Below are positions 55,076 to 63,219 of a stretch of 63,219 nt of DNA, piece after piece; position 1 is the stretch's first letter; the number at the start of each line of letters is the position of its first letter. The notes beneath the pieces are model-generated. The model saw only the letters and a list, made by a program, of their open reading frames with translations, did not search any database and was not told where the DNA came from. Where the stretch lies: the IMG/VR virus record IMGVR_UViG_3300025392_000003; one strand, 5' to 3'. Both the position numbers and the translations under genes were made by a program. The DNA comes from an uncultured virus (IMG/VR IMGVR_UViG_3300025392_000003). Lineage: Duplodnaviria; Heunggongvirae; Uroviricota; Caudoviricetes.

Positions 55076-55482
55076 TGAAAGCCCTAAAGGTATCTACCGA
55101 TAACAAGCGTGAAGTTGTTGATTTCAGCAAAGCGATATCTCTAGATGTTTTGAGCGAAGCCGTAGGCGGATTTATTGAGCGTGTCCACCTGCCATCGCTC
55201 GGTATAGATATGTGGGTCAACGAAGAGGGTAAATACGCTGGCGAGATTGTTCAGAACCCTATGGCTACCGCCCTTTGGGTAGAGAACTACGGCCCAACTG
55301 ATGTTATGGTCGGAAATGTTATCTTCACAGGTGGCGCGAACCTCGGTGGTGAAACGCTTGGTCTTACAGACGAGCAACTCGCTACGCTTCTCGCCTACGA
55401 AAAGAGCGTGACCGTTCCCAATCTCAATATCGAGGATTACTTGAGAATTACCGTCACGGACTTTGATGGGAATCCACTATGA
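55075..55482 (+). CDS. DUF3846-like protein
   Basis: L..AVGGFIERV..MWVNEEGK..N..AT..D...GNVIFTG. Confidence 0.75.
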   Translation: MKALKVSTDNKREVVDFSKAISLDVLSEAVGGFIERVHLPSLGIDMWVNEEGKYAGEIVQNPMATALWVENYGPTDVMVGNVIFTGGANLGGETLGLTDEQLATLLAYEKSVTVPNLNIEDYLRITVTDFDGNPL

Positions 55483-55721
55483 ATACTCTCCAATCAGAGT
55501 GGTTCATAGCGAATCAAGAGAAGATTCTGAACGACCTAGAGCGTAATCCCAACGGATTGTCGGTTGAGGAAATCAGCAGCGATACAAACATCTTTGAGCC
55601 GAGCCTAACTTGGCTTCTAGACCGCCTTGAGAGCGACGGAAAGATTCGGATAGTCGGATACTCCCAAGTCTGGTCTAGATGGTCAGGAAACGGCACACAG
55701 GCTCACTACGCGCTCGTTTAG
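55479..55721 (+). CDS. Small winged-helix-like protein
   Basis: ILNDL..NPNGLSVEEIS..L..LESDGKI. Confidence 0.55.
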   Translation: MNTLQSEWFIANQEKILNDLERNPNGLSVEEISSDTNIFEPSLTWLLDRLESDGKIRIVGYSQVWSRWSGNGTQAHYALV

Positions 55722-56347
55722 AGGCTCATACCTCGCCACACATTAGGCTGGGGCATATCTAGGGGCATAACATCAGGCAAAGCCCTGCGTGGCTTACGCC
55801 CAGACAGGTTGAGTTCGGTCAATGCCCATACAAGGGCATCAAGCCGGTCTGGTGAATTGTGCTTGCCCGCTTCAGGAACCCAAGTTGTCATCTGCTCTTC
55901 CAAAGTAGCGAACTGTGTTGGGTCGCCTATGTGATGAACTCGCCCCTGCTCGTAAAGAGCCACGATAGGTTCAGCACGAGCCCGCTTTCCCTCGCCCGCA
56001 TTGGGTCGCAATACTGGCAAGGTCGGGCGAATCGTGCGTAGGGTCATTTCCAAGAGTTCGTGACCAGCGTTGCTTTCTACAACAACAACGCCAGCGTTCC
56101 ACTCGTCAAAGGCTTCTACGACTCTCGTGGCCCACTTTTCAGGTGTTGCCTTTTGCCCTCTAGGGATAGTGGCATCTTCCAAGATGTAGCCGTGAACTTT
56201 ACAATGTTCCAAACTACAAGTATCTGGCTGATGCGGCCCTGATGCGGCAACGATAATCCCGGTCTCGTCAGAGTTCTCGCCACTCGTCATAGCGGGGTCA
56301 ACGCCTACAACGATTCGTAGGAAGTCATCAGCACTTACGGAAATCAT
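55718..56347 (-). CDS. Terminase large subunit, C-terminal nuclease domain (separate ORF)
   Basis: RIVVGVDPA..DETGIIV..VVESN..K..RAEP..LYEQGRVHH..SPDRLDALVWA. Confidence 0.9.
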   Translation of the reverse strand: MISVSADDFLRIVVGVDPAMTSGENSDETGIIVAASGPHQPDTCSLEHCKVHGYILEDATIPRGQKATPEKWATRVVEAFDEWNAGVVVVESNAGHELLEMTLRTIRPTLPVLRPNAGEGKRARAEPIVALYEQGRVHHIGDPTQFATLEEQMTTWVPEAGKHNSPDRLDALVWALTELNLSGRKPRRALPDVMPLDMPQPNVWRGMSL

Positions 56348-57294
56348 ACGATAGCCAACTGTCCACGACAGGAATCAATCATTTCCAAAGTCCATAGCGA
56401 ACCGTCAACATCAGTCATCATCACGCCCATCAACTCCTGCTGACCAATACGAGTTCCCTCATACGCCTGAATAACGCTCTCTCGGAACGATGGGGCGAGG
56501 TTCTTTAGGTTTTCGTAGGTCGTACCGTTTGTGATAGTCGTGTTTTTTCTACCCAAAATCTCCTTTACGAGTTTGACTCGCTTAGGGGTTGTGGTGAAAA
56601 GAGCCTGTGGCTTCTCGCCTAGACGAAGACCGAGCATCAAGTTGTTATACGAAGTGTCCAAAGCATCGCCTCGGAACGCATCACTCCACGCCGCAATCTC
56701 ATCACCCCAAGCGGCATCGTGCTGTGGACCACGCAACTGGTCGGGGGCCGCTGCCGAGTATGTAAAGCATTCAGCACCGTTGGCGAATAGGAGTCGGCGT
56801 TTCGTGGGCTCGTGGAGAGGCTTCGGGTGGGGCGAAGAGCAATTCATAATCCCAGAGTCTCCGCCAATCATTACATCTCGCACATCGGCTGGCGTTCTAC
56901 CGATAAGGGCAATACGGCGATAGCCCTGATTCCAAACTAGGTCAAGCACCCATTCAGCACCACTTCTCGTTTTCCCAGTGCCTCTACCGCCCATATACAT
57001 CCAAACTGTCCAAGGGTTCATCGGGTCTTGCTTCGGTGGGCGTTGGCTGGTTCGGGCGTGTTTGCAAAAAGATTTGTGGTTTTCGGAGTCAATCGGATGG
57101 TCGCACCAGTGGAATCCGGCGTGTGGTTCACCATCGCAAGTTTCACGGGGGCAATACCAATGCCGTTGGATTTTGGTCGCCTCGGCCTCAATCGCCTGCG
57201 TGACTGCGTAGAGTTCTTCGGGCGATAAGGAGTTGAGAATCGCCTCGCGCTGTGCCTTTGGCAAAGCAAGGAGTTTTTGGATTGTGGAGTTCAT
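56344..57294 (-). CDS. Terminase large subunit, N-terminal ATPase domain
   Basis: GGRGTGKTRSGAEW (Walker A), LRGPQHDAAWGDE (Walker B), TTTPK, YEGTRIGQQEL. Confidence 0.92.
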   Translation of the reverse strand: MNSTIQKLLALPKAQREAILNSLSPEELYAVTQAIEAEATKIQRHWYCPRETCDGEPHAGFHWCDHPIDSENHKSFCKHARTSQRPPKQDPMNPWTVWMYMGGRGTGKTRSGAEWVLDLVWNQGYRRIALIGRTPADVRDVMIGGDSGIMNCSSPHPKPLHEPTKRRLLFANGAECFTYSAAAPDQLRGPQHDAAWGDEIAAWSDAFRGDALDTSYNNLMLGLRLGEKPQALFTTTPKRVKLVKEILGRKNTTITNGTTYENLKNLAPSFRESVIQAYEGTRIGQQELMGVMMTDVDGSLWTLEMIDSCRGQLAIV

Positions 57295-57414
57295 TTACCT
57301 GTGGCGAAAGAAAGATAGAATGAGCATCAGCGCAACGCCAACCCCAAAGCCTTCTGCGAAAAGGATAAAGTTCTTCATAGGGTCAATGCTATCGCCTAGT
57401 TTGGAAACTAGGGG

Positions 57415-58251
57415 TTAGTTTGCGTGAACTTCTAAATACTTCCTACAAGCGTCGGCGTTCTCCGCCAAAGTGAGACACCCATAAACCTCTCGGTTGTCTA
57501 TGAACTGTGGGATTCCCGATGTCCGTAAGTTGTAGGCAAGGATTATGTAGTCGTAGCCATCAACTCCATTTTGGAACGAGGCTCTGGTGAAAGCATCTCG
57601 GCGCATTAGGTAGGTGCAGTGGACAATCGGAACTTGGAAGATTCCGGTCGTTTCTCGCCTAAAGATTTGGTAGTAGTGTGACTCAAACAAGTGTTGGAAC
57701 TCGCCGTTGCGAGTATCACCAGTATCCACAACATTGATATCGAAGTTTGAGTAGTTCTCTGGGTTGGCGGCCAAGGCTATATGGTCGCTGTCGTAAACCT
57801 CTGTGCCGTCTATCGCCAAGTGAAGCATTGGGGCGATAACGGGCATATCAGCATCAACTAGTTTGGAAAGAGTTTGGGGAAGCAAATAGTTATCTACATC
57901 ACTCACGAAGTAGAAATCGCACCCATACTCGGTGGCTACTCGCAAGCCCTTGTCTCGTAGCCCTCGCAACACATTGAGTCGCTCGGTTGTCCAATCGTGA
58001 TTTGCCGTGCCGTTGATTGGGCGAGGTATGTCGTTGTCCTCGAAAATTACACGGTTGTAGTTTGCTTGGCGAGGCTCTAGCCAGTCTTTCAGCAGTTCTC
58101 CCGTGCCGTCTTCGTTGTTGTTCGTCTTGACATAGAGAACGATTCGGTCTTTGGGATAATCCCACGCATCCATAGTTTCCAAATAGAGCGGGAGTGTCTT
58201 TGCTTTGTTCTTGGCGAGTAGGTGGACAAGAACGAGTGGCTTCTCGCTCAC
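57415..58251 (-). CDS. Glycosyltransferase (GT-A fold, similar to the N-domain of procollagen galactosyltransferase)
   Basis: LAKN..LPLYL..DYPK..TNNNEDGT..LR..FVSDVDNYL..VIAPML..VHCTYL. Confidence 0.75.
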   Translation of the reverse strand: MSEKPLVLVHLLAKNKAKTLPLYLETMDAWDYPKDRIVLYVKTNNNEDGTGELLKDWLEPRQANYNRVIFEDNDIPRPINGTANHDWTTERLNVLRGLRDKGLRVATEYGCDFYFVSDVDNYLLPQTLSKLVDADMPVIAPMLHLAIDGTEVYDSDHIALAANPENYSNFDINVVDTGDTRNGEFQHLFESHYYQIFRRETTGIFQVPIVHCTYLMRRDAFTRASFQNGVDGYDYIILAYNLRTSGIPQFIDNREVYGCLTLAENADACRKYLEVHAN

Positions 58252-60669
58252 TTCACCACACCTAGCCAAGTGATACGAATTGTGAATCGGCCGCTTTCCC
58301 AATCAAGGTTGGGGGCTTTGGAACGAACGATAGAAAGAGCGTGGTCTTCCTTGTGAGCCACGACATAATGCTTCTCAAACGCACCCTCAACATACGCATC
58401 GTGTTCTACGAGCCAATTAGAGAACTGTAGAGCCACTTCAGCAGTCTTCCTTTAGGTTCTTGCGGAACTCTTCGATAGAGTCGGATATCCCTTGTAGAGC
58501 GCGTTCCATCTTCGCCAAACCATCGTCAATCGCCCATAGCGAAACAACGATGTCGGCGTATTCCAACTCATTTGGATTGATGTCTTCGCTCATAAATCTA
58601 TTTCACCACAAGTTGGGCAGTAGTCCGAGCCTAGTGACCGGGCTTCCCCACAAATCGGGCAAGTTAGGTCGTTTGGTATCTAGCCACGAGAGCCTTTGTA
58701 TTTTAGGCTTCGGGCAATTGCTTCCTCAAGGGAGTAGAGATACTCTTGGCGGTCTTGATACGCACGGATAGAAGCCTTGCGCGCTCGGTGGCGAATCGCA
58801 AATCGTCTAAGTCGGTTGGTGATGGACATTAGCGACGACTCGTAATCGCCATACCAGCCAAAGCCCAGATACAAACCAACGAGATAATCATCTGTGTCGT
58901 GCTCATTACTTCCTCTTCCCAATAAAGGCCGAGGCCGCGCCGGTCAACCAACCGAGTGCAAAAATGACGGCGTATTTTCCAATAGTCATTTCACCACTCT
59001 ACCCTTGTAGGGTATTGTCGTCAAGGCTATCGGTTAGATTTTCTTTTTCGCCCGCCACCGATTACATCGAGGGCCGCTTGCCAGAGGTTGTCCGCATACT
59101 TGAGTTCTTCTGGCGACATTGACTTTTCGGTTTCCCTGCGGATTGCCTCAAGGTCAACCTTAAAGTTTGTTTTGTGCATCATCAGCAAATAATACCCGAA
59201 TAGGCGTGGGCGTACCATAAAAGATACGCTTCGGCCTTGAGGTCTAAAAATTGCGCTCTGGCGCAATAACTACTGGCAAGCCTCGCAGTATTCAGGGTTC
59301 TCTAGTGAGCAAGCGAGAGCCTCTTCAGGAGTGAACTCCTTGGTCTTCGCTACTGCGCCGTTGGTGAAGTCAATGTTGAGGATGTCTGTCATAGGAATAT
59401 TTACAATACCCCGTAATTTTTATTTTGTTGCTGGCGTAGCCGAGGCCCTAAAAAACCCAGATGACTAGATTTATCCTCGACTACGCCGCGCTCTAGTGGT
59501 CGCCGTTCTCAACCTCTGGCTCTGGGCCAAGGGGAGTGTGGTGAACCGTAGTGGTTGTTGTCGTGGTTGTCGTTGTATTGAGTGGCGTGGTTTGGGTCGC
59601 ATAGGAGAACAACAAAATTAGAAAGGCGATAACTATGGCGGTCAATACCGTCACAACCCGGCTCTCTAACAAAAAAAACATTGGGCTTCCAACCACGCCT
59701 AGCCATTACTTCCCACCCAACCAGTTGATAGGTATTTCAGCACTAGGGGCTGGCTCAATCGTGTCAAGGTAGTCAAGGACTTTGACAACCCTTTTTGCCC
59801 ATTGGTAAGTATCCGACTCTGGTGAGTGCTTGGCGAAGGCCGCCTCACACTTCTGTCTCAACTCTTGTCTTTGTGCGTAGGTCATTAGTTTCCCTCTACT
59901 ACTTGTAATAACTTGATTGCGTCGCAGGGAAAATCATCATAACAAAATCGGCAGTAGCCAGTTTTTGTTTGATTGACTTTCTTTGCGTGTCGTTCTCTAA
60001 TCTCCGTGAGTTCCGCCGGTGTCATTCACCACTCTTTCATTGTGTGATACCCAAGATACACAATGAAAGAGTGTAAAAAGTGATTCCGGCCCAAATCATC
60101 GGGTTTCGCCACATCTCATACAGCAAGTCAGTCGAACAAGGTTCCAATACTGGTGGTGGCAAGTCTCCACATCAACTTGTTCCGTCTTCTCAATCAAATC
60201 AATCGTCATTCTTCACCTCCTCATACTTTCCATCCCAGCCAGACGTTTTATTTAGGAACGCCGCAAAAGCCGCAGCCATCTCGTCTGACTTGATTTCGTT
60301 CTCATCAACGAAGTCGTCGAAATCCTTAAAGAAATCACCACTCATCGTGGCTTCCAAAACTCGATGTGTATGTCTAGGAAGATAAAAGAAATATTGAGGT
60401 TAGTTCCTTGACTAATCCTGCCTCGATACGAATGGGTGCTGAAGCCGAGTCCAAAGTTGCCAATCGCTGCTTCTATCCAGCCCTCGTAGCGATACCCTCG
60501 CTTCTTGCCAGAAAACTCTTTGACTAATTTCATTTTTCCCTCGGTTCTGCTTTGGTTGTCCCGACTAGGCACTCGGTTGAGTTGGTGTTCTGATGAACCC
60601 AATAGTAGCCATCTAGGGGTGCGTATGCTTGGGATATTGGTTTTCCGCAGTTGAGACAGTCAAGATTGG

Positions 60670-61806
60670 TCATCTAATCTCCACTTCGTTTAGTAATGGG
60701 GCCGCTTCCGTAATTCGCTTTCGGGCAATTTCACCATAGTCAGGATTTAGTTCCGTTCCCACGAAGTTTCTTCCAAACCTATTGGCTACTACGGCTACTG
60801 TTCCCGAACCAATAAAGGGGTCAAGGATTGTGTCGCCCTCTTCGCTTCCGGCTAGGACACAAGGCTCTACAAGGGCTTCTGGGAAAGTCGCAAAGTGCGC
60901 GCCCCTAAACGGTTTGGTGGTGATGTTCCACACATCTCGCTTGTTCCTCTTGCCATCGGCAATTTTGTATTCGGGTGGGCGAGCATTGACTCCCGATTGG
61001 GCGGCTCGTTCCTCACTACCTTTGGCATACTTCGTTCCCGCAGGGATAACACCATCTTCCTTGATGGCTTCGTGGTCGTAGAAGTATTTGGGGGATTTGG
61101 TTAGTAGGAAAATGTATTCGTGGCTTTTAGTCGGGCGGTCACGAACGCTCTCTGGCATAGGGTTGGGCTTGGCCCAAATAATGTCCGACCGCAAATACCA
61201 ACCATCGGCTTGTAGGGCAAACGCCAAACGCCACGGGATACCGATTAGGTCTTTAGGCTTTAGACCAGCCTCACGCATCTTGGCTCGGTCATCAGTTGGG
61301 CGAGTCTTACCTTGCCCCGCTATCTGGTGATAGGCCTGATTGATACTCTTGCCACTCTCGACTCTCTCGGCTTGCTTCTCTGGGTCTTCTTGGTTTGATT
61401 TCCCTTTGCCACCCATATAGGAGTCTCCGATATTGAGCCATAGAGTTCCATCATCAGCAAGGACTCTCCAAACTTCACGAAACAACTCAACCATCGCTGC
61501 AACATAGGCATCTGGCGTATCTTCCAAACCAATTTGTTCGTCTTCACGCTTCGCCCCACAATGAGGGCATTCCCCTACGGCCTCATCACCAAAGGAACCA
61601 GAGTTGCTCGCTTGCTTTCCCGATAGACCGCCCCTAGTGGCTCTGCCTACCTTGTGGTCGCACTCTTCATCGCCACCAATCCACGAACCCGTGCCGTAAT
61701 CCCTAAGTCCAAAGTAGGGTGGTGAAGTCACGCAAGTTCTTACCGACCCACTAGGGATTTCGGTAAGGCGTTTGCGAGCATCGCCTATGAGGATTAGAGA
61801 TTTCAC
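60670..61806 (-). CDS. DNA N4-cytosine/N6-adenine methyltransferase (beta class)
   Basis: VTSPPYFGLRDY, WLNIGDSY, IIWAKPNPMPES, HFATFP, LDPFIGSGT. Confidence 0.92.
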   Translation of the reverse strand: MKSLILIGDARKRLTEIPSGSVRTCVTSPPYFGLRDYGTGSWIGGDEECDHKVGRATRGGLSGKQASNSGSFGDEAVGECPHCGAKREDEQIGLEDTPDAYVAAMVELFREVWRVLADDGTLWLNIGDSYMGGKGKSNQEDPEKQAERVESGKSINQAYHQIAGQGKTRPTDDRAKMREAGLKPKDLIGIPWRLAFALQADGWYLRSDIIWAKPNPMPESVRDRPTKSHEYIFLLTKSPKYFYDHEAIKEDGVIPAGTKYAKGSEERAAQSGVNARPPEYKIADGKRNKRDVWNITTKPFRGAHFATFPEALVEPCVLAGSEEGDTILDPFIGSGTVAVVANRFGRNFVGTELNPDYGEIARKRITEAAPLLNEVEIR

Positions 61807-62259
61807 TCTAGGGATACTACGCTAAACGCCGCTACCTATGTCGGGCTATGCGCTCACTTTTTCGCGCTCTACGACAAACGCTTTTGGAACGGCTCGGTGT
61901 GAGATGTCCGCTATGGGATTAACGTGAGTCCAACTCTTCACCACGAAGCGACTACGCACTACTGGTCCATTACAAATCTTGCATTCCATCTGGCACTACC
62001 TTTCCAAACTAGACACGGGTGTAGTATCTCCACACACGCTTTGTAAAAAAATGCCGCCCCCACTACTTTGAGAAACAAGGGGGGCCTGTTCCTATTGAGC
62101 CCGGGGGCCTCTCACTATACAGCAAAGTTTGGAAACCCCAGTCACCTAAGCGGGGTTCTAAGGGGGGTGCGCCGGAATTGGGGGGATTCTCAAAACGATT
62201 TTTTTATTTTTGGCTTTTCTTTATTCGGCTACCCCAGAGCAGTAGAGTTGACTACCCCT

Positions 62260-62724
62260 ATGACACGCCGTAATGACACAATCGCCGCAGCCCAAGACCT
62301 AGAGGGCGAGATAGCCCTAGCCCGTGTTCTCAACGGACACCTCGGTTGGTCACGGCAAGGGTGGAAGTCGGTGGGGCTAAAGAAACTCCCAATCTTCTAC
62401 GAGTTAGATTTCGCCGTAGTAAAGAACGACCGAACTATCGAAGCGTGGCTAGAGGTGAAAGAACGCACAGGGTTCTACTCTGATTGGATATTCCCATTCT
62501 CTAAGTGGCTCACAGGTAAGAAGTTCTCCGAGGAATCGGGTAAGCCGTTCTACATAGTTCAGTCATATCCCAAAGGTGGCAAGACGGTAGTTATCTACCT
62601 AGAGGTCACGCCAGACCTAAAGCCAGAAGTTATTTGGGCTGGGCGTAAAGACCGTGGTGATTGGCAAGATATGGCCCCGCACATCTCGTTGCCGAATGAT
62701 TGGTTTACGGTTATACCCGACTAG
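62260..62724 (+). CDS. PD-(D/E)XK nuclease-like protein
   Basis: LDFAV..WLEVKER..K..GRKDRGDWQD; likely start MTRRND. Confidence 0.6.
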   Translation: MTRRNDTIAAAQDLEGEIALARVLNGHLGWSRQGWKSVGLKKLPIFYELDFAVVKNDRTIEAWLEVKERTGFYSDWIFPFSKWLTGKKFSEESGKPFYIVQSYPKGGKTVVIYLEVTPDLKPEVIWAGRKDRGDWQDMAPHISLPNDWFTVIPD

Positions 62725-63219
62725 GGGCGTATGCGCCGTTGGGAGTATTGCGACACGCTAGGGGTATGACCTACCTACTCGCTCTCTGCGCCGTTGTAAA
62801 TACCCTTATCCAACTCCACAACCACTACAAGAAGTAGCCGTTGTACCTAACCGTGCACAGATAGCGTTATCTGTATGCGCTTGTGCACGGATTCCAAAGT
62901 AGCGAGTGTGTGCACTCTATACACACTCGCTACACACACTCTCTCAAAGTGCAGTCTTAACACTCCACAATTTGTAGCGTATGGGGGTTTAGTAGTTAGG
63001 GATTCTTTGTCAACCATTGTGGGGTGGGATGCCCCCTGTGGAAAATAGGCCCCCCACCCGCAATATCGGCGGGGGTGGGTCTTCTGCCACCTAAGCACTC
63101 CGACCACGAAAGACGAGCGCGCGTTGCCGTGTCACAGGCATCGTGTATGTCACACGCCTAGCAGATAACTAAACCCCTGTCAAGTATTCTAGGAATTGTT
63201 GTCGAGGACTGACGGCGAA

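Noticed and set aside
56340..56400. Intron or intein interrupting the terminase
   Set aside because: The two ORFs abut with an ATGA overlap and there is no intervening sequence.
59493..59696. Poly-Thr ORF as a notable repeat
   Set aside because: It is a short Thr-rich linker after a TM helix in a small membrane protein; nothing further supports a special role.
62730..63219. Replication origin or genome terminus (short palindromes, CA-rich runs, low coding density)
   Set aside because: Suggestive, but there are no clear iterons or terminal repeat, and the window ends here.

Overview
The window is a 63-kb piece of a tailed dsDNA phage genome, most likely infecting Actinomycetota: it has two WhiB-family regulators, an Rpf-like transglycosylase and an actinophage-type metallophosphoesterase. 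Most genes are on the minus strand. The head module is spread out: a terminase split into two ORFs (55.7-57.3 kb), portal (32.5-34.2 kb), XkdF-like prohead protease (30.5-32.4 kb), then scaffold, decoration protein and major capsid protein (1.3-3.6 kb). The standout feature is a 20-kb array (10.1-30.4 kb) directly after the protease. Eleven ORFs there share 14 copies of the peptide tag K-G-D-x-x-G-H-x-F-x-G-N-Q-[YWH], usually after a hydrophobic-x-K site like those in the scaffold and protease. Domains in these tagged proteins include a RelA/SpoT-like synthetase (with a small immunity-like gene behind it), an ART-like domain, a PI3K/HipA-like kinase, ParB-like domains, a HExxH peptidase and His-rich helical repeats. 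I infer a protease-processed, capsid-targeted effector payload. The second unusual system (5.9-9.2 kb) is a C5 DNA methyltransferase broken into one catalytic ORF, a nested alternate-frame ORF and four tandem alternative TRD+motif IX/X ORFs. Other observations are a promoter- and terminator-bounded structured small RNA, two strongly over-represented 8-mers, an amidoligase/GATase pair, lysis genes and nucleotide-metabolism genes. All assignments come from reading motifs by eye; no searches were run.
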